Origin: Ranitomeya imitator
Taxonomy: Eukaryota
Assembly: GCF_032444005.1 (NCBI RefSeq)
Contig: NC_091285.1
Span: 228,284,001 to 228,348,000, forward strand
Reading direction: 5' to 3'
Length of the DNA: 64,000 bases
Shown: positions 23,085-36,176 of the stretch, one piece after another
Layout: every line of letters begins with the position of its first letter
Numbering within the stretch: the first letter of the stretch is position 1
Made by a program: the position numbers and the translations under genes
Notes under the pieces: generated by a model
Databases searched by the model: none
Told to the model about the DNA's origin: nothing
Seen by the model: only the letters and a program-made list of their open reading frames with translations

Positions 23085-26000
23085 CCGCAAAATTGGAGAG
23101 CCAAATACATCAGAGGGCGACCAGTTCTCCCCATTGTGATCGACGGTATCCCCATGAACGCTTTGCTGGACATCGGTTCCCAGGTGACAACTATGCCCTA
23201 CATTCTTTATAGACGTTATTGGGAGGACACCGACATTACCCGTTGCCCCGATGATGATTTTACCATAATAGCTAGTAATGGTCAGCCACTGCCGCAAGTG
23301 GGGTATAAAGAGGTCACTATTAAGGAGGGGCGGGTAGAATTGGAGGCCCAGGGAATTGTCATTGTTGAGATTGATATTGACCGACGTGAATGTAACCCCA
23401 TGACGACCATCGGTACTAATGTCATAGAAAATTGTCTTGCAGAAGTTATCGTCTTGTTCCAGCAGGTAGCAGAGACTGCTGGTTAGAGTGAACAACGTGC
23501 CTTGCAGAAAGAAATTAGAGCCCTAATGTGGAGACAGCAGGTGGAGCTGACTGGTGGTGAAATTGGCCGGGTCACAGTGAGTGATTCGAACCCCATTGCA
23601 ATACCACCCAGGAGTGAAATGTTAATATGGTATCGGGCAGCCATAGGCCTCGGGGGTAAAGACTATCAGGCCCTGGTAGAACCTGTGTATTTGGATAATA
23701 GGCCTACCCTCCTGACAGCCAGAGGGGTGGTTGATGTCCGCAAGGGGAGGGTGCCAGTACGTGTCCTTAACAGTGGGGAGGAAGAAGTCCACCTTACCAA
23801 ATATGTCACACTTGCCAAGCTGTTTACTGTTAATAATAGCGTGATACAGGCACCCATGCCCTTGGTCTCGTCCAATCCGGCGGAGGACAACGGCTCTGCA
23901 GGGCAGTCGAAAGATTGGTGTCAAGAATTACATGTGGGCACTGATTCTACTCCATCTCACCAGATACAGGGGGCCTACAGGGTGGTTCACGAGTATGAGA
24001 GGGTATTCAGCAAGCACCCCCTTGATTTCGGGCGGGTAAAAGGGATTCAACATCACATCCCAACGGGAGATCACCCACCCATAAAAGAAAGATATGGCTC
24101 ATTATCAGTGTGCCAAGGACATGTTGCGAGAGATGAAGGAGGCTGGGGTAGTGAGAGACAGCTGTAGCCCCTGGGCAGCTCCATTAGTTAGGAAAAAAGA
24201 TGGCACCATGAGGATGTGTGTGGATTATAGTTAACTAAACTGCATTACACATAAGGATGCATACCCCCTGCCTAAGATAGAGGAGTCCTTGGCTGCTTTA
24301 AAGTCTGCTAACTACTTCTCTACCTTGGATCTCACCAGTGGGTACTGGCAGGTTCCCGTGGCAGAGGCGGACAAGGAAAAGACGGCCTTCACGACGCCGA
24401 TGGGTCTTTGCGAGTTCAACTACATGCCCTTCGGATTGCGTAACACCCTGGGGCCGTTCCAGAGGATGATGGAGTGCTGTTTGGGACACAAGAACTTTGA
24501 GACTGTGCTGCTATATCTGGACGATGTTATTGTCTTCTCTAAGACCTATGAAGACCATTTGAAGAACCTGGCTGAGGTGTTTGAAGCTCTGTCCAACTTT
24601 GGCTTAAAGGTGAAACCATCCAAATGCCATCTGCTAAAACCCAAAGTGCAGTACCTGGGCCATGTGGTGAGTGCCGAAGGAGCGGCCCCAGACCCCGACA
24701 AGGTCACGGTGATCAAGGACTGGCCGCAGCCTGGTAACCTCCATGAAGTCCGGCAGTTCCTTGGGTTGGTGGGTTACTACCGGAGGTTTATCAAAGATTT
24801 CACCAAGAAGGCCGCGCCGTTGCAAGACCTGTTGGTGGGCCAACCAAAGAAACCCAAGGGTAAGAATACCCCGTTTGATTGGAACAACGGACTGGAAGGA
24901 TCGTTCACCTACTTAAAATCGGCGCTGACGGGAGAAGAGGTACTAGCCTACCCTGAATATGACCAACCATTTGTATTGTATACGGATGCCAGCAATGTGG
25001 GGCTGGGAGCTGTGCTGTCCCAGGTCCAGAAGGGCAAGGAAAGAGTAATCGCTTACGCCAGCAGGAAACTTCGCTACACTGAAAGGAACCCTGACAACTA
25101 GAGTTCCTTTAAGCTGGAGTTCCTCGCCGTCGTTTGGGCCGTGACGGAGAGGTTCAAGCACTACCTGGCCTCAGCAAAATTCACTGTCTTCACGGATAAT
25201 AATCCACTAACCCACTTGGACACAGCAAAACTTGGTGCCTTGGAGCAGCGGTGGATGGCCCAATTACGACTTCACCATCAAGTACCGGGCGGGGCACAAG
25301 AATGCAAATGCCGATGCATTGTCCCGAATGCCTCACCTGCCCGAAACGGGGGAAAATCCGGAAGCATTTGAAGAGGTAGAGCTGCCCGCTTTCCATCGCC
25401 CCAAGGCAACCCAGTGTTCCCATCAGGTGGAGAACAGGCGCAGAAATAAACAGGGTGCCCCGTTGAATCCCCTGCCCCATCACGGGTGGACAGAGAACCA
25501 GGATGGTGACCCTGCGGTCCGTCGGGTGAAAGAGCTCCTGACGTAGGCAAGTTTACATCCCGGCCCGGATGATCCACCAGAGGCATTACAGTTGTGGAAG
25601 GAGAGGGGCAAACTGTTTATTCACAATGGCAAGGTGTGCCGAAGGAGCATCGACCCACGCACTCATGAAGTGGTATGGCAGATTGTGGTCCCAAGGCAAG
25701 ATGTGCCAATGGTCCTGGGAGCGTACCACGATGAGGCAGGACACTTCGGATGGAGGAAGCTGGAGAGGCTACTCCGTGGGAAGTTCTACTGGATCGGCAT
25801 GAAGAAAGCCATTGAGAAGTGGTGTCGAGAGTGTGGCCCCTGTAGCCTACGCCGGAAGGATCGTGACAGCCAACGGGCTCCCTTGCAGCCCATCATCACC
25901 AAACAGCCGCTCGAGTTGGTCGTGCTGGATCACGTAAAGCTAACACCTAGCCGGTCAGGTTATATCTACGCTCTCACCATTGTGGACCACTACTCCAGAT

Positions 26001-27218
26001 TCCTGGTAGTCGTGCCAGTCAAAGATCTAACGGCTAGGACGGCTGCCAAAACCTTCCAGCAGTACTTCTGTAGCCCCCATGGGTACCCGGAGAAGGTGCT
26101 GACCGACCAGGGACCAGCATTTGAAGCGGAGGTGTTCCAGGAGTTCTGCAATTTGTACGGGTGTAAGAAGATCAGAACCACGCCGTACCATCCACAAACC
26201 AACGGGATGTGTGAGAAGATGAACCAAGTGGTGATCGACTTACTGAATACCTTACCTGTAGAGGAGCCAAACTTGTGGCCCACAAAGTTACCAGACTTGG
26301 TAGATATGTACAACCACATCCCGCTGAATTCCACCAACTGCACCCCAGCGTACCTGATGCGAGGAAGGTCTAGTAAATTACCCATCGATCTGGACATGGG
26401 GGTCCTGACCCCCGAAGATATATCGCCAGATGCGGATTGGGATACCGAGAGGCAGCAAAGGGTACCGCAAAATACAGGAATGTGTAGAAGTCTCACCCAA
26501 GCCAGAAAAAAACAAGAAAGGGACTACAACCAGTTTGCTCCCACGGCTCCATTGTCACCCGGTGAGCAGGTACTCAAACGAAAGAGGAGACTACACAAGC
26601 TTGATGACCAATGGGAAGCAGAACCATATACCATTCTGTCCTCCGATTTCGACAATACGAAGGTCTGTCTCATCAGCAAAGACGGAGGGGAAACCTCAAC
26701 GGCCATATCCAGAGACCACCTCAAAATATGCCCTGATAAGCTGAGAGATGGGGAAACAGACCCCGGGACTTCTCCGCCCATGGAAGAGGAGAAGATGATA
26801 CACACTGTTCTTGGCGATTTTTCCCCAGTCTTTGACTCAAATAAATCAGGCCATGGTGGTACCTGTCTTAATGTTTCGTCAACTGAAACCGCCAGAACTA
26901 AATGTGGTGCCAGAGCATCCGGACCCGCAAGTGCAGCTGACCCCACCAGAAGATGCGATGCCAACAGTCGAACCGGCAAGCCCTCCCACTGCTATCGGTG
27001 AATCTGCCACACCCATCATTAGTAGTGGCAGCTCTGAGAACTCCAGCATACCAGTGCTGCCCAGACTCACTAGAAGTGTAGCTAGAAGACAGTGCACTAC
27101 ACCAGCGATAGCAAGCGTAGCGGGCCCTGTCAGGCCAATAGCAACCCCCGCGCTGCGGAGGTCTACGCGTAGCACCAAGAATCAGACTCCACTTCTCTAT
27201 AAAACTTGGAGATATTAA
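23085..27218 (+). pseudogene. pol: pol of Gypsy A (PR-RT-RH-IN), multiple stops and frameshifts
   Basis: PR LLDIGSQ; RT DLTSGYWQ, MPFGL, YLDD; RH YTDAS..GLGAVL..YASR; IN HDEAGHFG..C..C, LDH, TDQG, MCEK. Confidence 0.92.
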
Positions 27219-27940
27219 TGATATATATGAAGCAATTGGACTAAAATTTTACTTTTAATTAAATATGCTAAAAAAGACAAACAAACGTGATAACATCACC
27301 AAGTGAAGTACAAACAAGGGAACATAAAAAAAGAGGAACAGCGTTCACTCTTGTAGACACAAGAGGGTACAAGGGAATAACTAACACACTCGTACCGGTC
27401 CGTTAGACCTCCTAGACCCAGCACGTCTGTTAGTAGTTACTCACAGAGGGATACGTCAGTATATGAACAAGTGCTGACAAAAGCGAGAGTGGTATAATGT
27501 ACTGAGAATTAAATGTATACGCTGTATCTATTAGAGATGCATAGGGTCATATATTCATAATTACCCTGCTTGTACATATACACTCAGAATACCCTCTTAA
27601 ACCACATAATCAGTCTTTTAACTTTCCCAAACTGACAACGTATCCATAACTCAAAGAGTGAACATATATATGAATTCAGCAGCATAGAGGCCGTACGAAC
27701 ACCGTCATAATGGAGCCCATCAAATCACATACACATATGCCAGGAAAATATAAACTCCCTTTTATGAACAGGGTTTCCATGTGTACTTGAATAATATTAT
27801 GCTCCAATCAAGATTGACAGGTGTGAACTATCTTAACCGTAAAAGCTTGAATGCCTAGTGGCACATATAGCATGGTACAATCTCACCCATATGTCTTTAT
27901 GTGAGAAGTGTTTTCGGCCTCATTTAGATCAGATAGCGTC

Positions 27941-27979
27941 TCCCGACGCGTTTCGTCCTAACCAGGACTCATCAGGGGA
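27941..27979 (-). ncRNA. Minimal type I hammerhead ribozyme (left arm copy)
   Basis: Exact reverse complement of 30231-30269. Confidence 0.9.
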
Positions 27980-28729
27980 ATGACGGATACCTGCGAGGCT
28001 GCATTACCTGGCGCCCGCTGTGTCTCCCTTATGTACATGCCGACCGGACCGCTAAACGCCGCTCATCATCCTCGGTGTGCACCGCACTTCCGGTCCTTGT
28101 GTCCTCAGTTCCGGTTTCTCCCATGCTGGAAATGCGCATGCGCACGGCGTGGAACGCATACAACCCACGCCGTGGAACGCAAACAATTTCTCGCTGTGAG
28201 GACTAACCCTACAGACATAACGAAACATTTACAAAATGTGAGGACTCGTGTAGGGGCAATATCCCCAAAGAAATGTAATCTAGGAGAAGTATTGCCTGAA
28301 AGGCTGCTTTACCATGCAGACTATATACTTGCATAATGGCAAAGCAATCATGCCCAAGCGGAGGCCACCTGAATTGTGCTTCCAAGGTACTGCTCCGTTT
28401 ATCCATCAGTTATGGTCCGGATTTTACTCCGGTTTCATATCACACCAACCATAAAGTAGTGGGACTTGAGGTCAAAGAGAAAAGAGAAGAAAAAACTGTC
28501 ATAAATTAGGCATAGGCTAGCAGAAGGAACCTAAAGGAAAAATATGAGGAGTACTATTTCGAAGCAAGCATTGTTTCGACATACGGGACACCACAGAACC
28601 TTCAAAAGCCTATATACCCTATAGGTAAACTACACTGCCTGGCCCCTACCTACGTGGAGGTTGGCATAGTTTATAAAAAGCACCCATATGATAATTGCTC
28701 ATTTAGGCCATGTGGTTGTGTAGTTTGAA

Positions 28730-29096
28730 CGGTGCCACATACTCCATCCGACATTTTATAAACTGTCGAAGTAAGGGCGTGATCTATAAGGCCACCTGTG
28801 AGTGCGGTATGGAGTATGTTGGGAAAACCAAAAGGGAATTCCGCAGAAGGATATGCAAACATGTCCGTGACATTCTGAATAAAAGGGATACTCCAGTGGC
28901 CAACCACATGAATGTACATCATAGTGGTGACCACAAAAAAATCAAATTTGTCGGGATCGACAAAATTATACCATCACCTAGGGGGGGTGATTGGGACAAA
29001 CAAATTCTGCAAAGAGAATGCAGATGGATTTTCAACCTTCAAACTACACAACCACATGGCCTAAATGAGCAATTATCATATGGGTGCTTTTTATAA
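28730..29096 (+). CDS. GIY-YIG endonuclease C-terminal fragment of PLE
   Basis: INCRSKGVIYKATCECGMEYVGKTKREFRRRI..H..VANHMN..H..REC.WIFNLQT..P.GLNE. Confidence 0.9.
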
Positions 29097-30230
29097 ACTA
29101 TTAATACTCTTATACACATGCCATATGTGCCAGCCTATGATTAGATATGCGGGTCTACCTACCGTTTCCCCTCTTGCTATCTATGTTTTATAAGGCGTAA
29201 TAGGGACAGGACAGGGATAGTCGTCGTGGAGTGGGGGCGCCACTGTGCGCAGGATTCTTAGGGTGCCAACCCCCGCGCTAGGTAGAACATCAGCTTATAG
29301 CATTACATCGCAGACATCAATAGGCTTCTCTCGATAGGTTATATAAGTACATTCCCGCCAATTACATCTTGGTTTTGGTATGATACTATAACACAAATAC
29401 CAATAACTGGGACAGGTTGCACCATGCATATTCACATTACATATCTCTTCCTCATCTCTTTATAGTAGGGACGCGTAGGGATAGATAGCTAGGGATAGCC
29501 TTCGTTGAGTGGGGGCACCATCTGCGCAGGTTTCAAGGGTGCCAACCTCCACGTAGGTAGGGGCCAGGCAGTGTAGTTTACCTGTAGGGTATATAGGCTT
29601 TTGAAGGTTCTGTGGTGTCCCGTATGTCGAAACAATGCTTGCTTTTTAAAATAGTACTCCTCATATTTTTCCTTTAGGTTCCTTCTGCTAGCCTATGCCT
29701 AATTTATGACAGTTTTTTCTTCTTTTTTCTCTTTGACCTCAAGTCCCACTACTTTATGGTTGGTGTGATATGAAACCGGAGTAAAATCCGGACCATAACC
29801 GATGGATAAACGGAGCAGTACCTTGGAAGCACAATTCAGGTGGCCTCCGCTTGGGCATGATTGCTTTGCCATTATGCAAGTATATAGTCTGCATGGTAAA
29901 GCAGCCTTTCAGGCAATACTTCTCCTAGATTACATTTCTTTGGGGATATTGCCCCTACACGAGTCCTCACATTTTGTAAATGTTTCGTTATGTCTGTAGG
30001 GTTAGTCCTCACAGCGAGAAATTGTTTGCGTTCCACGGCGTGGGTTGTGTGCGTTCCACGCCGTGCGCATGCGCAATTCCAGCATGGGAGAAACCGGAAC
30101 TGAGAACATAAGGACCGGAAGTGCGGTGCACGCTGAGGATGATTAGCGGCGTTTAGCGGTCCGGTCGGCATGTACATAAGGGAGACACAGCGGGCGCCAG
30201 GTAATGCAGCCTCGCAGGTATCCCTGTCAT

Positions 30231-30269
30231 TCCCCTGATGAGTCCTGGTTAGGACGAAACGCGTCGGGA
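30231..30269 (+). ncRNA. Minimal type I hammerhead ribozyme
   Basis: TCCC-CTGATGA-GTCCT(GGTT)AGGAC-GAAA-C-GCG-TC-GGGA: intact core, perfect stems I and II, palindromic ACGCGT stem III. Predicted cleavage after GUC at C30265. Confidence 0.92.
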
Positions 30270-31372
30270 GACGCTATCTGATCTGAATGAGGCCGAAAAC
30301 ACTTCTCACATAAAGACATATGGGTGAGATTGTACCATGCTATATGTGCCACTAGGCATTCAAGCTTTTACGGTTAAGATAGTTCACACCTGTCAATCTT
30401 GATTGGAGCATAATATTATTCAAGTACACGTGGAAACCCTGTTCATAAAAGGGAGTTTATATTTTCCTGGCATATGTGTATGTGATTTGATGGGCTCCAT
30501 TATGACGGTGTTCGTACGGCCTCTATGCTGCTGAATTCATATATATGTTCACTCTTTGCGTTATGGATACGTTGTCAGTTTGGGAAAGTTAAAAGACTGA
30601 TTATGTGGTTTAAGAGGGTATTCTGAGTGTATATGTACAAGCAGGGTAATTATGAATATATGACCCTATGCATCTCTAATAGATACAGCGTATACATTTA
30701 ATTCTCAGTACATTATACCACTCTCGCTTTTGTCAGCACTTGTTCATATACTGACGTATCCCTCTGTGAGTAACTACTAACAGACGTGCTGGGTCTAGGA
30801 GGTCTAACGGACCGGTACGAGTGTGTTAGTTATTCCCTTGTACCCTCTTGTGTCTACAAGAGTGAATGCTGTTCCTCTTTTTTTATGTTCCCTTGTTTGT
30901 ACTTCACTTGGTGATGTTATCACGTTTGTTTCTTTTTTAGCATATTTAATTAAAAGTTAAATTTTAGTCCAATTGCTTCATATATACTATTTTTTTGGAT
31001 TATATCCCGCTACAAATAGATATTAACGATAGTTGCTATTTGGTTGAAAATGTTTGTGTAAATATCTGTGTTACAGGTTTAAAAATGGACAATGGTGTGT
31101 TGGACAGTGAATCGCTCCAAAACTTTCACAGGGACCCCTTTGTTTACCCGGGGTCCCTGTTGTTCCATGGTTGCACCTACTGAACTGGGAGTAATGAACT
31201 GTGCATGACCAACCTTTTGCAACATTCAAGCATCCTCACCTTCCACAACGGAAAGCGCTGTTATATTTACTTGTTCATAGTATTTAGAAATGTTGTGTGT
31301 TTTCTATTAACATGTATTGTTATTCTTCTTTTCCCAGTCCGGGAGTACTGGATTTAACCGGGGGGGGGGGAG

Positions 31373-32392
31373 TGCAGCATCCCAGAGTCCTGGTCGTTGC
31401 AATAATGTTGCTCTGCCACTAAGGGGAGTGATGTTATGTCTGATTGCACTAAAGGAGTTCACCTGACCAGGTATCACAGTCACACATTACACTTCACACT
31501 CCGGCCATCAGGGGGAGCAAAAGGCACTATGTATTAGGCCACTCCTCACACTCTGGTAAAACTGAGGGTTGGACAGGAAGTTAGGGAGAAAGCAGCCCAG
31601 GAGAGTTCGAGAGAGGACCTGTCAGAAGTGGGAACCTGGCAGGTACCTTGCAGAAAGGACAGATTGTTACGGAGCTGCGCCTGCACTACCTTGCGGCGGT
31701 ATCTCAAGGACACAAAGCGAAGTATATTGTGGAGAAGTGAGAAGCGGGATCATAGTGGAAGGAGATAGAACCAGAAGGAGTCGTGCCCCTAAGACTATGG
31801 CAACATCCTTCTGAGGCGCATAGCCGGTGGCCGGAGCACCGATGACGTAACAGACTCTACGCATTACTTCAAACAGCGGCAGGACAGTTAATTATAGGTT
31901 GGCTGTCTGGCTTAAATCACCTAAATGGACAAAGGAGGAAATCGTGGGAGAGGGGCGTCTCTATGGTCCCAAAATAACTCCAGGCTTACCTGTCATATGG
32001 GTGCATCCTAGCCATATTATCTGGGGGACGGAGAGAGAAAGAACAGATACGACAGTTGTGAGGACTATCCCGTGGTGCTCAGCAGGGAAGAACTACAACA
32101 CACAGGTGCTAGAAGGTAGACACTGATTTCCACCTGTGAAGGGAACTCTGGATGTGCCTTCGGACCGGCCTGTCTCAGCCAGCCCTATTAACAGTGCTCC
32201 GGATTGTGGACCCCGAAGCCTTCAGTAAAAAGGTAAAGAGACTGCAACCCTGCGTCCTCGTTATTCCTCGCATCTTGCACCACGCACCATTACCTTTCAT
32301 TGGACACCCCTTAACAGGGTCACGGACTGGGTCTACCCACCGTGACAACCCCGGACCGAGTACCCCGCGGCCCTGTGTCTGGGGGCGCTCCA
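31373..32392 (+). repeat. 3' LTR of Gypsy A, preceded by polypurine tract (31360-31372)
   Basis: G-run plus AG immediately before TG; ends in CA followed by TSD GTAT. Confidence 0.94.
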
Positions 32393-33523
32393 GTATCAAC
32401 TACTGAAGACTCTCTTTTAATATTGTTCTGTGGATAACCTATGTAACAGTGGCATATATTAGTGCCTTCCAACAGAGGTGCATAACACGGGGCCTATCAA
32501 TGTAAGTCAGCCCCCTTTCCTGTCTATGCATTGACCATGACAGAGAATGGAGCTGGCTTATCTTGAAATCAGCAGTCAGCCGGCCTTCTTCACTTATAGC
32601 ACTGGAGATGTCCCAACACAGAAAGCTACTTCCTTTGTGAAGCAAGGAAATGTAGTTGCTGAACCTGCGACCGAAGGCTGTACTTGATGATCTGGTCACC
32701 TGGCATAACTGAAGCATAATAATACGTTATACACCTTACTATTTTAAGCATAGTCATCCACACTTAATTAAGCAAAACATTTGCAAACTGAAGGTAGTAC
32801 TATATAATCTGTAGGAATAGCATGATGCTTTGAAGACAACATGACCAGACTCTGAAAAATATTTCCTGCAGCTTATTTAATCCATGTAATAAATGGAGGA
32901 TGTTCTGCAGTTAAACAATGGTCCAAATCCTTTAATCACTATTTAGTAGAAATTATAATAGACAAACTATATATTTTACAGACTATAACATTACTCTCTT
33001 TAGCAACGAAAAAATATTTCCACAAAGAGAGATCTCTCTGTCTACTAGGGTGCTCTAAGAAGGTCTGGTTGCCCCATATCCAACTGTTTCCTTTTTAATC
33101 ATAGCAACAGTGTCTCACTATATATACACATTGCACTAAATCTGTATAATTAATATAGTGCATGAAGGAAGCTGAACATGATGTGCACATTGTGTTCAGA
33201 GACTGGACACAGCCATGGGGTATTAATCCCATCTTTTACCCTAGACCACCATGGAATAAAGTATGAAACACATATCCTAAACAACCAAGTAATTATTTTC
33301 TGAAAGCACAAGGGAATAAAATTTGACCACCACCTTTCATCCTAAACCACCAAGGAATGATCCTTTAATGTAGACCACCAGACAATAATGGCACCATCCA
33401 GTGAAAACAAGTTATAATCTACTCACATTATAGCTGATAACTTGCTGGGACTGTACAGATCAGCAAAATGGGGAATTTTTCCTCGATGATGACCTCTTGT
33501 TCCCATTACCAAATGTAATGGCA

Positions 33524-34450
33524 GATCGGATGGAGTAGCAGATCAGATGGAGTGGCAGATCGGATGGAGTGGCAGATCGGATGGAGTGGCAGATCGGATG
33601 GAGTGGCAGATCGGATGGAGTGGCAGATCGGATGGAGTGGCAGATCTGATGGAGTGGCAGATTTGATGGAGTGGCAGATTTGATGGAGTGGCAGATTTGA
33701 TGGAGTGGCAGATTTGATGGAGTGGCAGATTTGATGGAGTGGCAGATTTGATGGAGTGGCAGATTTGATGGAGTGGCAGATTTGATGGAGTGGCAGATTT
33801 GATGGAGTGGCAGATTTGATGGAGTGGCAGATTTGATGGAGTGGCAGATTTGATGGAGTGGCAGATTTGATGGAGTGGCAGATTTGATGGAGTGGCAGAT
33901 TTGATGGAGTGGCAGATTTGATGGAGTGGCAGATTTGATGGAGTGGCAGATTTGATGGAGTGGCAGATTTGATGGAGTGGCAGATTTGATGGAGTGGCAG
34001 ATTTGATGGAGTGGCAGATTTGATGGAGTGGCAGATTTGATGGAGTGGCAGATTTGATGGAGTGGCAGATTTGATGGAGTGGCAGATTTGATGGAGTGGC
34101 AGATTTGATGGAGTGGCAGATTTGATGGAGTGGCAGATTTGATGGAGTGGCAGATTTGATGGAGTGGCAGATTTGATGGAGTGGCAGATTTGATGGAGTG
34201 GCAGATTTGATGGAGTGGCAGATTTGATGGAGTGGCAGATTTGATGGAGTGGCAGATTTGATGGAGTGGCAGATTTGATGGAGTGGCAGATTTGATGGAG
34301 TGGCAGATTTGATGGAGTGGCAGATTTGATGGAGTGGCAGATTTGATGGAGTGGCAGATTTGATGGAGTGGCAGATTTGATGGAGTGGCAGATTTGATGG
34401 AGTGGCAGATCGGATGGAGCGGCAGATTGGATGGAGTGGCAGATTGGATG
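33524..34450. repeat. 17-bp minisatellite (GATTTGATGGAGTGGCA)n, ~54 copies
   Basis: Direct reading; identical core, GATCGG variants at both edges. Confidence 0.98.
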
Positions 34451-34717
34451 CCCGACCGCTACTCCATTCATTCTGTGTGAAGCACAGGCCCATGGGTAAT
34501 GAGTGGAGAACGTACAGTGCTGCTCCATTCTAACAGAAATAAAAGTTCCGAATTCTTCCAACTTGTGAAGGTCTCAGTGGTTGGATGCCACCTATCAATA
34601 ATATGTTTTAAGTATTAACTTCTTTACTATCTTTGACCAGGGCATGTTTTTCTGACGTTTTGTTACATAAACTTGAGTACATCTTGCAGTTTAATGTGCA
34701 GCATCTTATTATCCAAA

Positions 34718-34721
<4 letters not shown>

Positions 34722-34753
<32 letters not shown>
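34722..34753. repeat. (TA)n microsatellite
   Basis: Direct reading. Confidence 0.95.
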
Positions 34754-34759
<6 letters not shown>

Positions 34760-36176
34760 TTTTCTTTTTTAAATACTTTTATATTTCTACAATATTTAAA
34801 CACAGCTTAAAAGTCAGCATTTTGGTTCCCACAGTACATGTGTCCCTTAATTGGGAATAGCTTTCTATTGATCATTTTTATTTCCAGGAATCAATGAAAT
34901 GATCCCTTTCACATGACTGAAAACACTTGACAGCATACAATTCTTGCAATTTATCAGCCAATAGAAGCAATTTTAAACTTGTGTGTTGAAAGCCAAACAG
35001 TGTAACACTGGTCGCCCAAAATAAGTACATGTATGTGAAGGGCATAGAATCTATAACATCTACAAACTTAAGAACAAGTAAGAAGTTGACTAATGCCCTT
35101 TTGAGGTATATAGACAGATATGTAGCAAAAGTCTAGCAATATGAAAATCCCAAAGGAATTTTAAGCCAGGCACCAATTAAACCAGACTGACGCTGCTTAG
35201 GGATTTAGATAAGAGTATTAAATATGTGAACTCACATGCATTCAATGCATTAATAGACAGTGCCAGAGGGGCCTTCTGTACATGTTTCAGGGCCTTTTGA
35301 AGAAAAAAAAAGTTAATAGTCGAGTACATTTAAATACTTAAAAGATGATTTATATCTTATTTTGTAGTGTTTAAACATGAATAATCTGCTAAATACAAGT
35401 TTGAATACTGACATATTAAACCTCTTCAGCGTAACATAAATGCATTATATTAAGTTTTCACAAATCCGCTATTTTAGAAATCATCACACTTATATCATAC
35501 TTCATTATATGTGCAAAGAGAAGTCAAGCTACACTTGCCCGTTCATGTAAACGTGAATTAAACTAAATTTAACCTTGGCAGTAAATATTATCAATAATTA
35601 TTGTATGGTCTTGCTTTGCTTTCAGAATTCAAAAATATTCTAAGTAAAAAATGAGTTTATTCAGTCTAGTGGGGGTCATTTTGAAGAACTGAAGACTTCT
35701 TCAAGAGCTGAAGAATTTTGAAGAAAGAGAGATATGTATGTCTACTAATGTCATAATAAAAGCAATGACAGAATTAATTAGAAGTGGGTTTGGATTCACT
35801 ATACTGGATGGTAACTTCAGTTTTTTATCTACTACAAATAAGGGATTAGATTCAATTTAAAGATTATCTGAATTGTACATTGAAGAGCACATACATGGTG
35901 CAGGCTGCAGCCCAATTGAGGACACATTTTATTACATGCTTGTTGCTATTAACTATAATGAATGTTAGGCTATAAGAAGAAACTGTTATATTTAATAGAG
36001 TCTGTTCTCAGGTTTTGTAATAAATGCAGTAGTCCAACACTTTTATATGGTTCTTGAACTTCTTTAGGTAAATTTGTGCAGTAGCTTATTATCAAAAAAT
36101 TAGATATAGGAAAACTTATAAACCTGTTAAAATGAATAAAACTATTTAATATTCCTTTTTTATATGTAATTCTTTA

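Larger units (their letters stand above)
27222..30986 (+). mobile_element. Penelope-like element, 5'-truncated, arranged as a long inverted repeat
   Basis: 27222-28729 is the reverse complement of 29038-30986 apart from a ~440-bp segment. The centre encodes a GIY-YIG endonuclease C-terminus; each arm holds a hammerhead. Confidence 0.92.
14930..32392 (+). mobile_element. Gypsy LTR retrotransposon A (tRNA-primed), two nested insertions
   Basis: TG...CA LTRs of ~1020 bp; 4-bp TSD GTAT at 14926-14929 and 32393-32396; PBS, PPT, gag and PR-RT-RH-IN remnants. Confidence 0.95.

Noticed and set aside
33506-34561. 351-aa and 316-aa repetitive ORFs
   Set aside because: Stop-free translation of the 17-bp minisatellite (17-aa period = 3 units).
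34560-36170. Possible host exons in AT-rich unique DNA (also 45430-46480, 52420-53620)
   Set aside because: No recognisable ORF or convincing splice-bounded exon by eye; short exons cannot be excluded without RNA-seq.
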